Positions 37,063-46,074 of a stretch of 46,196 nucleotides of DNA are shown piece after piece; position 1 is the first letter of the stretch; the number at the start of each line of letters is the position of its first letter. This DNA comes from Planctomycetota bacterium (GTDB taxonomy: Bacteria > Planctomycetota > GCA-002687715 > DRQF01): the NCBI GenBank assembly GCA_036479435.1, contig JAZGFI010000027.1:1-46196 (forward strand). The letters run 5' to 3'. The notes under the pieces were generated by a model, which did no database searches, was not told where the DNA came from, and worked only from the letters and a program-made list of their open reading frames with translations. Position numbers and translations under genes: made by a program.

Positions 37063-37329
37063 TTACTTTTCCTCGCTCCCGGTCAAGCGTTTTTCAGCAT
37101 CGCTGTCGTCCTTCGGCTTGGCATTGATGCCCTGCTTGAACTCTGTGACCGACTGGCCGAGACTGCGGGCCAAACCGGGGAGTTTTTTGCCGCCGAACAG
37201 CAGTAAGGCGACGCCGCCAATCACGGCCCACTCAATGCCGCCGCCGAAGCCAAAGCCGAAGAATGTCGAGCTCGCGAAGGGGATAAATTGGGCGGTCACG
37301 TCGTGCACCTCGAAAAGATTAGAACTCAA
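37063..37329 (-). CDS. tatA: twin-arginine translocase TatA/E (start uncertain)
   Basis: EW.VI..VALLLFGGKKLPGLARSLGQSVTEFKQG. Confidence 0.92.
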   Translation of the reverse strand: MSSNLFEVHDVTAQFIPFASSTFFGFGFGGGIEWAVIGGVALLLFGGKKLPGLARSLGQSVTEFKQGINAKPKDDSDAEKRLTGSEEK

Positions 37330-37464
37330 GACTGAGTAGCCTCAGGGCTGAGGGGGCTCAGGACTCGCAAAGCTCGCGAAAAAAGAGCCCCAGCACCCTG
37401 ATTTTGCGCGGAGCATCGCATGAGGACAAGTGCCAAGCTCTTGACACATTTTAATAAGCTTGCC

Positions 37465-38760
37465 CTAAACCCTTTGAATATCGGCCCCTAAGGCCCGCAA
37501 TCGCTCGTCAATCGCCGCATATCCACGGTCGATCTGGCGGATGTTCTGAATCACGCTTTCACCGTCTGCGGCCAAGGCGGCCATCAAGATCGCCATCCCC
37601 GCCCGGATGTCGGGGCTTGAGATGGTCGCGCCGTGCAAGCGGGCCGGCCCCACGACGACGGCGCGATGGGGATCGCAGAGAACAATCTTGGCTCCCATCC
37701 CCACCAAACGATCCACGAAGAACATCCGGCTCTCGAAGAGTTTTTCGTGCAAGAGCACGGTGCCTTTGGCCTGAGTCGCCACCACGAGCGCGATCGACAA
37801 CAAGTCGGCCGGAAATCCCGGCCAGGGGGCATCGTCGATTTTGGGAATGGCATCGTGAACGTCGGAGCTCACAGTCAGGTCTTGGTTGCCTGGCACGAGC
37901 AGGGAGTTGCCTTCGATCTCGGTGTGCACCCCAAGGCGTTTGAAGACCATGCCGATCATCCGCAAGTCTTCGGCGCGCACCGGTTCGATACGCAGCTCAC
38001 CTTTGGTGATCGCGGCCAAGCCAATCAACGATCCGATTTCGATGTGATCCGGCCCAATCTCGTGAGTCGTGCCGCTGAGTTCTTCAACGCCCTCAATCTC
38101 GAGCATGTTCGTGCCGATTCCGCGGATTTTGGCTCCCATCCCTTCGAGCATGCGGCACAGACCTTGGACATGGGGCTCCGACGCAGCGTTGGCGATACGC
38201 GTGGTTCCGTCGGCCGTCACGGCTGCCATCACCGCGTTCTCGGTGGCCATGACGCTGGCCTCGTCGAGAAAAACATCGGCGGCGACAAAACGCCCATCGA
38301 GCGACATGAGGTATTCAGCCTCGTCGACCTGGATCTTGGCCCCCAAAGCGCGCAGGGCGAGCAAATGCGTGTCGATGCGGCGGCGGCCGATCTTGTCGCC
38401 TCCGGGGCGCGGCAATCGGCAGGCGCCCTGGCGCGCGAGGAGCGGCGCCGAGAACAAAAAAGAGCCGCGGATCTCTTGAGCCATCACCGATTCAGGAGAC
38501 GCGCGATCGAGGCGCGCGGGATCGATGGTGACCCGACCCTCTCCGACTCTCCCCACTTCCGCGCCCAACTGAGACGCAATGTCGAGTTGAATGCCGACAT
38601 CGACGATATCCGGGACGTTGTCGAGGATGACGGGCCCGTGCGCGAGCAGAGCGCCAGCCACCACCGGCAAAGCTTCGTTCTTGTTGCCCGAGGGGCGAAA
38701 AACCCCCTGGATTGGACGCCCGCCGCGAACCCGAAAACACTCAGACTTTGTCGTATCCAT
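37465..38760 (-). CDS. murA: UDP-N-acetylglucosamine 1-carboxyvinyltransferase
   Basis: [57 protein letters not shown]. Confidence 0.96.
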   Translation of the reverse strand: MDTTKSECFRVRGGRPIQGVFRPSGNKNEALPVVAGALLAHGPVILDNVPDIVDVGIQLDIASQLGAEVGRVGEGRVTIDPARLDRASPESVMAQEIRGSFLFSAPLLARQGACRLPRPGGDKIGRRRIDTHLLALRALGAKIQVDEAEYLMSLDGRFVAADVFLDEASVMATENAVMAAVTADGTTRIANAASEPHVQGLCRMLEGMGAKIRGIGTNMLEIEGVEELSGTTHEIGPDHIEIGSLIGLAAITKGELRIEPVRAEDLRMIGMVFKRLGVHTEIEGNSLLVPGNQDLTVSSDVHDAIPKIDDAPWPGFPADLLSIALVVATQAKGTVLLHEKLFESRMFFVDRLVGMGAKIVLCDPHRAVVVGPARLHGATISSPDIRAGMAILMAALAADGESVIQNIRQIDRGYAAIDERLRALGADIQRV

Positions 38761-38859
38761 GGCAATCCCTTCCCGCGGCGTCTAGTCCGCAATCCTACCA
38801 CCCTCACATGACCATCATGGGGAAAACACCAAGTCTCTTGGGTCTCCGGCTTCGGCATA

Positions 38860-39597
38860 ATGAGGACTGAGGAGACCACGACCATGCCCTTTGCCGTTCG
38901 AACCATCTGCAACCTATCCCTGATTTTGGCTCTCGCTGCCTGCGCAAGCCCTCCCGCTGCCATCGAGCTAACGGATCCCGCGCAATCCCTGGTCGTCAAA
39001 GATCCCATGCCCCTGGGCGAAGTGAACGACATCCGCCTTGAGTCTCAGGACGTCGGAAATCTTCGCGTCTCGATCAACGTGCGCCGTCAGGCTTTCGGTG
39101 ACATCAGTTATGACTGGCTGCGCCTGCGCTTTGAAAACCTCAGCGGCGAAGAACTCATCATCGCTCCCGAGATCGAGGCGATCGACGCCGACAACACCGT
39201 CGTCCCCATCGTTACCCGCGATGTGGCCACCCGCACCCTCGGTGCTTACGGCCGCGACGGCGATCGCGGCACCGACCAAGTCGTCAACGGTTCAACGCGA
39301 GCCGCCAGTACGGCCGCCGCCTTTTCAGGTTTCGGAATCGGCGCCTTAGCTCTGGGCCTCCTCGGCCCGGCGGCCTCCGCCACGATGGGCTCGGCCAGCA
39401 GCGGCGAGGCTTTCGCCAATTGGGTCTCGACTCACTGGCTACTGCCCGAGTACGCCCTCCCCGCCGAGGGCTCCGCCCTCGGCCTCGTAGCTCTTCCCGG
39501 TCCGCGCCCTTTACCCCTGCGCATCACCGTCCGCGCCGACGACCGCACCTACATCTTCAAAACCCTCGCGACTCTCCCCACCCCTCGAACGCGCTAA
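38860..39597 (+). CDS. hypothetical lipoprotein
   Basis: Lipobox LAAC; beta-rich core with a Gly/Ala-rich hydrophobic insert. Confidence 0.7.
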   Translation: MRTEETTTMPFAVRTICNLSLILALAACASPPAAIELTDPAQSLVVKDPMPLGEVNDIRLESQDVGNLRVSINVRRQAFGDISYDWLRLRFENLSGEELIIAPEIEAIDADNTVVPIVTRDVATRTLGAYGRDGDRGTDQVVNGSTRAASTAAAFSGFGIGALALGLLGPAASATMGSASSGEAFANWVSTHWLLPEYALPAEGSALGLVALPGPRPLPLRITVRADDRTYIFKTLATLPTPRTR

Positions 39598-39604
39598 CCT
39601 GCCA

Positions 39605-39694
39605 GTTCGCGGTAGGGACCTCGGTTACCCGCACAGATCCCAGCGAGCGGAATTATCGCACTGGGCTCCTGCCTTAGGTAATGACGCACAGGCG
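39605..39694 (-). mobile_element. group II intron 3' remnant (IEP C-terminus, D5, partially deleted D6)
   Basis: Minus strand: CGC CTG TGC GTC ATT ACC TAA (RLCVIT*), GGCAG-GAGCCCAGTGCGATAATTCCGCTCGCTGGGATC (D5, AGC triad; 39668-39636), TGTGCGGG-TAACCGAGGTCCCTACCGCGAAC. Confidence 0.85.
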
Positions 39695-39785
39695 TAATTG
39701 ACTAAGCGTCTGCGCCATAGGTCCGGCGACTGTGGCGCTGTGGCAAAAAATTTAGAAAGAAGACGTTGACGCGGGAAGGAAAGGG

Positions 39786-40163
39786 ATGGCGAGTTGGAAG
39801 ATCGTCGACAGCGTGGCAAACGCTCAATTTCTAGGTGCGCTAACCGTGGACTTCAACGCCCCGGGCGGCACCACCCAAAGCGAAGATCTCTATGAAGCCG
39901 ACTACCCCAGCGATCCGCCCTACGAGTACGGCCCCAACACCATCACCTTCACTGGGGTGAGCAACACGACGACTCAGTTTTTGCTGGTCCGGATCTACTG
40001 CGTCGACGACGAGACCGGCGTCCATACCTTGATTGGAGTCGCGGGAATCAGCCCGATGACTACCCTGAGTTTCCCTCGCATCACCGTTTCTTGCCCGGAG
40101 CATTCCCATCTGAAAGTCACCGTGCAGCCACAGTTCGGAAGTGAAACGACCGTGCTCCAGTAG
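39786..40163 (+). CDS. hypothetical protein (125 aa, Thr/Val-rich, beta-rich)
   Basis: SD-like GGAAGGAAAGGG, GC3-biased codons, downstream hairpin. Confidence 0.65.
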   Translation: MASWKIVDSVANAQFLGALTVDFNAPGGTTQSEDLYEADYPSDPPYEYGPNTITFTGVSNTTTQFLLVRIYCVDDETGVHTLIGVAGISPMTTLSFPRITVSCPEHSHLKVTVQPQFGSETTVLQ

Positions 40164-40199
40164 GTTCTTGGGCCTGATTCTTCGAACGGCCAAGACCTA
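40161..40199 (+). terminator. hairpin after the 125-aa ORF
   Basis: TAGG-T-TCTTGG-GCC ... GGC-CAAGA-CCTA imperfect stem. Confidence 0.4.
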
Positions 40200-40372
40200 A
40201 AAAGCGAGCTTCGAAACCGCCAGGGTCTCGGGGCTTGCTCTATTACGGCAAGAGTCCGGGGATGAAGGTTTAGCGGACGATGAAAAAGAAATTTCAGAAA
40301 GGCTGGCAGCCGCGGACGATTTTCTGCGCCAAGGGGATGACAGACAATTGGACCCTAAGCAGGATTCGACTC

Positions 40373-41185
40373 ATGAAACGCTTCTTCATTCTCGCCTACG
40401 GCCTCAGCGCCTATGTTTTTACGCTCTGGACGATTCTTTACCTGACCGGCTTTGTGACCGGCATCGTTGTCCCGCGAACGATTGACGAGGCTCCCCTTCA
40501 ATCGGGACCCTGGGCTTGGGGCATTAACATCGGCTTGATCGGGATTTTTGCCGTGCAGCACATGATCATGGCCCGCGAAGGCTTTAAGGTTCGGCTTAGA
40601 AAGCTAATTCCGGCGGCGGCCGAGCGATCGACCTTTGTGCTGATCACCTGCCTGATCTTGAACCTGATCTTTCTGCAGTGGCGCGCGATGCCCTACGTCG
40701 TTTGGAGCATCGACAGCCCGACGCTGACCTGGTGCCTGCGAGCGCTTTCGCTTTCGGGTTGGGGGCTCGTTCTTCTTGCGACCTTCCTGATCAACCACTT
40801 TGAGCTCTTCGGGGTAGAGCAAGTTTGGAAGAACTTCAGGAACTCAAAGCCGGTCGCGAAGCGCTTCATGACGCCGTCGCTCTATCGACTCACGCGGCAT
40901 CCGATGTACCTGGGGTTTTTCATCGCCTTTTGGACCACGCCGAGCATGAGCCTTGGGCACCTGCTGTTCGCGGGGTTGTTCACGGCCTGGGTGCTCTTTG
41001 AAATCGTGATGTTTGAAGAACCGGATCTCGTGAAAGACTTTGGGATTAAGTATCGGCGATACCAGGCGACGGTGCGCATGATCCTGCCGATTCCGGTTCG
41101 GCGCGATCAAAACGCGACGGTGGCGAGCGAGTGTAGCGGGTGGTCTTGCGAAGGCAGCTCTCAAACGATGAACACGCTTGATTAG
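40373..41185 (+). CDS. mddA: methanethiol S-methyltransferase (ICMT-like membrane methyltransferase)
   Basis: YG..AY, VVPRTID, FAVQHMIMAR..FK, AERSTFVL, QWR, TFLINHFELFG, TP.LY...RHPMYLGF.IAFW.TP.M..GHLLFA, EEPDL; start ATG 40373. Confidence 0.85.
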   Translation: MKRFFILAYGLSAYVFTLWTILYLTGFVTGIVVPRTIDEAPLQSGPWAWGINIGLIGIFAVQHMIMAREGFKVRLRKLIPAAAERSTFVLITCLILNLIFLQWRAMPYVVWSIDSPTLTWCLRALSLSGWGLVLLATFLINHFELFGVEQVWKNFRNSKPVAKRFMTPSLYRLTRHPMYLGFFIAFWTTPSMSLGHLLFAGLFTAWVLFEIVMFEEPDLVKDFGIKYRRYQATVRMILPIPVRRDQNATVASECSGWSCEGSSQTMNTLD

Positions 41186-41248
41186 CTGCGGTGCGAGCGC
41201 TGAGAATCTGTGGCCTTGTGTCGAACACAAGACCACAGGTCCTCAGCT

Positions 41249-43933
41249 TTATGGAGTCTTCGAAGCCTGAAGGACCTTGAGCTTTTCTTCCCAGGTCGCA
41301 AGAGCCCTGGGCTTTGCTTGCTCGCGATAGAAGTCTCGGATGAGGACGGCGTAGGAATTCAACTTTTTCAAGTTGTTGGGGAAGGCCGCTTCGGCCAGGG
41401 AAAAGGCCTTCAGAAAACTTGCCTCGGCCTCCGCCACCCGCTTCAAGCCCAGAAGGCATCGGGCACGGGCTCGATGAATCTTGGGAATTGAGCGATGCTC
41501 TCTGGGTAGCTTGTTGGGCGCCAACTTCAACATGCGCTCTGCGATGCTCAGACCTTCTTCGAAGTACCCCAATTCCCACTTCAGGCTGGCGACTTGCGTC
41601 CAGACCGCAATGCAGTTTGCATGCGCGGGATCGAGCCGTTGGGAAAGCCCCGTCGCGGCTTCTTCCAGGACTCGCATCGCCTCCGGCTTTTGCCCGGCTC
41701 GGATGAGGTTGACGCCGAGGTTATTCAGCAGGGTCAAAGATCTGAGGTTGGGCTTACCGTTTTTGCCGACCGCGATTTTCAGGGCTTCCCGAATCATGCG
41801 CACGGCTTTTTCCGGCTGGGCGGCATCGCCGTAGACCATCGCCAAGTTGTTCATGCTGATGACGAGGCTGGGATGACCGGCGGGAAGGATGCGCTTCTTG
41901 ATTTCGAGCAATCGACGAAACTTGTCAATCGCGTCGTCACGTCGACCCAGGGCAGAATAGCTCAAGGCCAGGTTGTTGATGGTCGCCATGGTACGGGGGT
42001 GGATTTCGCGCAAGGTGGACAGCTGGATGGTCAGCACCTCTTCAAGCAGCTCGACGGCCTCAGCGTCGCGATCCAGCTTTGACAAGGCGGTGGCGACGCT
42101 GTTGCGGCTCGACACGCTGTCTTGGTGATTCTCACCGAGTACGGTGCTGCGGCGTTGGAGGATCTCTTTTTGGAGGTCATAGGCCTGCTGGTATCGCCCC
42201 ATCGAAAACAAGGCGACGCCGAGGTTGGATTGCGCCTCGAGAGTTTTGGGGTCGTCTTTGCCCAGCGCCTTTTTGCGCTGAGCGGCAATCCTGGCGAAGA
42301 GGATGCGCGCGGGTTCAAACTCACTTTGCAAAACCAGCACTTGGCCCAAAGCCGACTCGGCGTTTTGCCGAAGGCGATGAGGCTCTGGGAGGTGCTCCCC
42401 CGCGAGCTGGACGGCTCTGTCGAGTTGCTGCCTCGCCTCCGTGCCCAAGGCGATGCTGAGGTAAGCGTGCCCGATCATCGTGCGCAGCTGGATCTCGACT
42501 TCCGGCTCGCTCGGCCGGTCGTCGTCCAAACTGCTGTTGGCCCTGGCCAACATCTTGCGCAGCAAAGTTGTATCCGCCCCTCGAGCGATGGCGGGATCGA
42601 GACCCGAAAGCATCTGCTCGGCGAAGCTCGCGACCGACTCAAACTTTGTCAGCTGTTTTTCAGCCTCCCGACGCAATTGACGTTCGCTTTTGGCCGCAAC
42701 ATAGCTGAAGATCGCCGTGGCGACCAAAGCGATCAGGACGGCGGATAGCGACGCGAAGGCCACGCGGTTGCGGCCAATGAGTTTTTTTAGGCGGTAAATA
42801 CGACTGGGGGGCCCGGCGTCCACCGCCTTGCCGTCCAGGTGCCTTTGCAGATCCGAGGCAAGCGCGGCGGCCGAGTGGTAGCGGCGCTCGCGATCCTTTT
42901 CCATGGCCTTGCCGATGATCCAATCAAGATCACCCTTGAGCCGTCGCGACAAGCGAGCCTTGGTGGCCGCCACTCCTTCTTCGCGCATCACCCGAAGCGA
43001 AGGCTTTGTGGGCCCCTCGTCGCGAATCACCTTTTCCAAGGCCAACGGTGAGAGGTTTTGCAGTCGGCCACCGCCAAAAGGCAAGACGCCAGTGAGCAGC
43101 GTGTAGATCAGACCGCCCAGTGAATAGACGTCTGTTTTTGTGTCGACGTCTTGCTCGCCGAAGGAGACCTGCTCCGGAGACATGAACTGAGGCGTGCCGA
43201 CGATCTCATTCGCCAAGGTCAGCGCGCTGGTGTCCGTGAGGTTTCCTCGCACGGCTTTGGCCAGGCCAAAGTCGATCACCTTCGGGACCGCCTTGCCGTC
43301 GATCTCGGTGACGATGACGTTAGAAGGCTTGATGTCGCGGTGAATGACACTCTTTTCGTGGGCGTGCTGCACGGCCATGCAGACGTCGATGATAAGGCGG
43401 CAACGGTCTTCTAAAGACAGATTGCGATCGGTCACGTAGTCTGAGATTCGCTGACCCGGCACAAACTCAAGCACAAAGTACGGGAGGCCGTCGGGAGTCG
43501 AGCCGACGTCTAGGACCGACGCGATGTTGGGGTGTTTCATCCTCTCTAGCGCGCGGCGCTCGGCCTCGAAACGCGCGATCACGCCGCTGGATGCCATCCC
43601 GGGCCGAATGACCTTGATCGCGACCTGCGCGCGAATTGGTGTTTCCTGTTGGGCCAGGTACACCACGCCAAAACCGCCCTGCCCCAGCTTTTTGATGATG
43701 CGCCGCCCCCCGATGTCTTCAGGGGCCATCTCGACAAAGTCGCGAAGTCTGGGGGCGTTTTGGCGGATGTCTCCTAAGAAGTCGCCCGCTTCGCCGTGAC
43801 TGCGCATCAACCTCGTGACGAGATTCAGCGTCTCCAGCGAGCCCTCACATTGCTTGGCGACAAAGTCGGCGCGGTCGGATTCCGGAAGCTCGATCGCTTC
43901 CAAAAAGATCTCTTTCGGGGTTAATGGGGTCAA
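41249..43933 (-). CDS. membrane Ser/Thr protein kinase with C-terminal TPR repeats
   Basis: LGQGGFGVVY, VAIKVI, HRDIKPSN, VIDFGLAK, GTPQFMSPEQ, TM helix, LGxxHPxT-type TPRs; TTG 43933 overlaps sigma factor stop. Confidence 0.93.
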   Translation of the reverse strand: MTPLTPKEIFLEAIELPESDRADFVAKQCEGSLETLNLVTRLMRSHGEAGDFLGDIRQNAPRLRDFVEMAPEDIGGRRIIKKLGQGGFGVVYLAQQETPIRAQVAIKVIRPGMASSGVIARFEAERRALERMKHPNIASVLDVGSTPDGLPYFVLEFVPGQRISDYVTDRNLSLEDRCRLIIDVCMAVQHAHEKSVIHRDIKPSNVIVTEIDGKAVPKVIDFGLAKAVRGNLTDTSALTLANEIVGTPQFMSPEQVSFGEQDVDTKTDVYSLGGLIYTLLTGVLPFGGGRLQNLSPLALEKVIRDEGPTKPSLRVMREEGVAATKARLSRRLKGDLDWIIGKAMEKDRERRYHSAAALASDLQRHLDGKAVDAGPPSRIYRLKKLIGRNRVAFASLSAVLIALVATAIFSYVAAKSERQLRREAEKQLTKFESVASFAEQMLSGLDPAIARGADTTLLRKMLARANSSLDDDRPSEPEVEIQLRTMIGHAYLSIALGTEARQQLDRAVQLAGEHLPEPHRLRQNAESALGQVLVLQSEFEPARILFARIAAQRKKALGKDDPKTLEAQSNLGVALFSMGRYQQAYDLQKEILQRRSTVLGENHQDSVSSRNSVATALSKLDRDAEAVELLEEVLTIQLSTLREIHPRTMATINNLALSYSALGRRDDAIDKFRRLLEIKKRILPAGHPSLVISMNNLAMVYGDAAQPEKAVRMIREALKIAVGKNGKPNLRSLTLLNNLGVNLIRAGQKPEAMRVLEEAATGLSQRLDPAHANCIAVWTQVASLKWELGYFEEGLSIAERMLKLAPNKLPREHRSIPKIHRARARCLLGLKRVAEAEASFLKAFSLAEAAFPNNLKKLNSYAVLIRDFYREQAKPRALATWEEKLKVLQASKTP

Positions 43934-44508
43934 GAGGCTTCGCCAGCTTCTGGGGAGAGAAGAGAGAATAGCCGGGCCTTTGCAAAGGCCCACTCTCGGG
44001 CGACAGAACGTTCAGAGACCTCCATCGTCGCGGCAATCTCCGAAACATCCAAGCCCCCGAAAAAGCGCAGATGAACGACTTCGGCGGCCGAGGGGTCTTC
44101 GGTCTTGAGGATGGTCAAGGCTTCGTCCAACTCAATCAGGCCTTCGGCGTCGTAGTCCGTGGCGAGATCGAGCACGTCGATCGCCGCCTTACGGCGGCCG
44201 CCGCCGCGCTTTGTGCTTTTCTTCTTCCTCGCATGGTCGATGAGGATTCGCCGCATGGCTTCGGCCGCCGCGCGGAAGAAATGACCGCGATCGCTCCAGC
44301 TTTGATCGCCATCGCCCAAGACTCGGGCAAAGGCGTCGTGAACCAGCGCCGTTGCCTGAAGCGAGTGCCCGGGATCTTCACGACTCATCCGCCGCTGCGC
44401 GATGGCCTTGAGCTCGGCGTAGACGAGCTCGAGAAGCTCCCCGGCGGCGGCCGAGTTTTGGTCAAAGCCTCGCAGCACGCGCGTGATGTCGTCGCCTCGC
44501 TCAGGCAT
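43930..44508 (-). CDS. ECF sigma factor, TIGR02999 (kinase-associated) type
   Basis: DITRVL, LVYAELKAIA, HSLQATALVHDA, HFFRAAAEAMRRILIDHAR, KRGG, LRFFGGL, REWAFAKARL. Confidence 0.93.
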   Translation of the reverse strand: MPERGDDITRVLRGFDQNSAAAGELLELVYAELKAIAQRRMSREDPGHSLQATALVHDAFARVLGDGDQSWSDRGHFFRAAAEAMRRILIDHARKKKSTKRGGGRRKAAIDVLDLATDYDAEGLIELDEALTILKTEDPSAAEVVHLRFFGGLDVSEIAATMEVSERSVAREWAFAKARLFSLLSPEAGEAS

Positions 44509-44627
44509 GTGTCAGGGCTCCGGGCCAATCCGTGGATTTCATATCAGATTCACGAGCCACAATGATGACCTGCATCACAATGCCTGTCCAGACAGTGGGC
44601 TTAAGGACAATTCTCGCCTTCCGACGA

Positions 44628-46055
44628 TCATTGGCTCTTGCTGATCCCAAGCTTCTTCATCCGCGAACGCAGAGTGTTGGGGTGAAGATCGAGGATGAGG
44701 GCGGCGCCATGCTCGCCCGCGATTCGCCAAGAAGTTTGGCCCAAGACACTCAGGATGTGCTCGCGCTCGACTTGCTCGAGGGATCGGCGATCCTTTGCTG
44801 CGGCGAGCTCGGTTTCGAGTTTGGCCGCCGCAGGATTCTTGGCTGGCTCTCGGCCGGCGAAGGAGGCATCGAGCTGAAGGATGCCCTTGGCCGAGAGGAT
44901 GACGGCGCGCTCGATGATGTTTTGTAGTTCGCGGATGTTGCCGGGCCAATCGTAGCCCTGCAGGGCGGCTTGCACGGATTCCGGAATGGTCTCAATGGAT
45001 TTCGAGAGCTTCTTCGCAAACTTGTGCACGAAGTGGCTGATGAGCTGGGGGAGATCGTCGCGGCGATGACGCAGGGCCGCGATGGTGAGGGGGAAGACGT
45101 TGAGGCGATAGAAAAGGTCGTCGCGAAACTCCCCGGCCTCGATCATCTGTGCGAGGTCGCGATGCGTGGCGGCGACGATGCGGATGTCGGTCTTAATGGT
45201 GCGCGAGCCGCCTAAGCGCTCGAACTCTCCCTCTTGGATGACCCGTAGGAGCTTGGCTTGAAGCTCGAGGGGAAGCTCGCCGATTTCGTCGAGGAAAATC
45301 GTGCCGCCTTCGGCCAACTCAAAGCGGCCCTGGCGCTGAGACGTCGCGCCGGTGAAGGCCCCCTTTTCGTGACCGAAGAGCTCACTTTCGATCAGGTTGG
45401 AAGGCAGCGCGGCGCAGTTGACTTTGACCAAAGGGCGTTCGCTGCGCGCACTGAGATTGTGGATGGCGCGGGCGAAGAGCTCTTTGCCCACGCCGGTTTC
45501 GCCGAGGATGAGCACGGTGGCGTCGGTCGTGGCGACTTGCTCGACGAGGCGCTTGGCCTGAACCATCGCCGGGCTTTCACCGATGATCTCCTCGAAGTTT
45601 TGACTGAGCTTGATCTCTTGGCGCAGATAGAGGTTTTCGGCCTGGAGCCGTTCCTTCAAGCGCTCGACCTCCGCGTAGGCCTGGCGCAGGGCTTCTTCGC
45701 GGCGTTTGCGATCGGAGATGTCGCTGAAGGTGACGACGGCGCCGACGAGCTCGCCCTTGTCGTTGCGGACGGGTGTGCTCGAATACTCGACGGGGATGGC
45801 GCTGCCGTCCTTTTTCCAAAAGACCTCGTTGTCGACGCGGTGCACGGCGCCGTCATGGAAGGCGGCGTAAATCGGGCAGGCATGTTTGGGGTAGGGACTG
45901 CCGTTGGCTCGGGTGTGATGGGTGAGCACGTGCTGGGGCTTGCCGATGAGCTCGTCGGCCTCCCAACCGAGCATCGCGACGGCGGCCGGATTGACGAAGG
46001 TCGTTCGCCCTTCTTTATCGAGGCCGTAGATGCCTTCGCCGGCCGAGCTGAGGAT
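44628..46055 (-). CDS. PAS-domain sigma-54 activator (FhlA/NifA-like, Fis HTH), 5' end disrupted
   Basis: [39 protein letters not shown]-terminal HTH; PAS frame open upstream of ATG 45974 ([13 protein letters not shown]) until TGA at 46062-46064. Confidence 0.88.
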   Translation of the reverse strand: MLSSAGEGIYGLDKEGRTTFVNPAAVAMLGWEADELIGKPQHVLTHHTRANGSPYPKHACPIYAAFHDGAVHRVDNEVFWKKDGSAIPVEYSSTPVRNDKGELVGAVVTFSDISDRKRREEALRQAYAEVERLKERLQAENLYLRQEIKLSQNFEEIIGESPAMVQAKRLVEQVATTDATVLILGETGVGKELFARAIHNLSARSERPLVKVNCAALPSNLIESELFGHEKGAFTGATSQRQGRFELAEGGTIFLDEIGELPLELQAKLLRVIQEGEFERLGGSRTIKTDIRIVAATHRDLAQMIEAGEFRDDLFYRLNVFPLTIAALRHRRDDLPQLISHFVHKFAKKLSKSIETIPESVQAALQGYDWPGNIRELQNIIERAVILSAKGILQLDASFAGREPAKNPAAAKLETELAAAKDRRSLEQVEREHILSVLGQTSWRIAGEHGAALILDLHPNTLRSRMKKLGISKSQ

Positions 46056-46074
46056 ATGGCGTCAGAATTTAGTC
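46055..46074. repeat. collapsed copy of the 24933-25025 palindrome motif (3' exon of the intron)
   Basis: Minus strand GACTAAATTC-TGACGCCATA = 24952-24961 fused to 25007-25016 (one mismatch). Confidence 0.75.

Noticed and set aside
37441..37470. Perfect TTGACA pointing antisense into murA
   Set aside because: No acceptable -10 at 16-18 nt spacing
37633..38811. 392-aa plus-strand ORF
   Set aside because: Antisense shadow of murA
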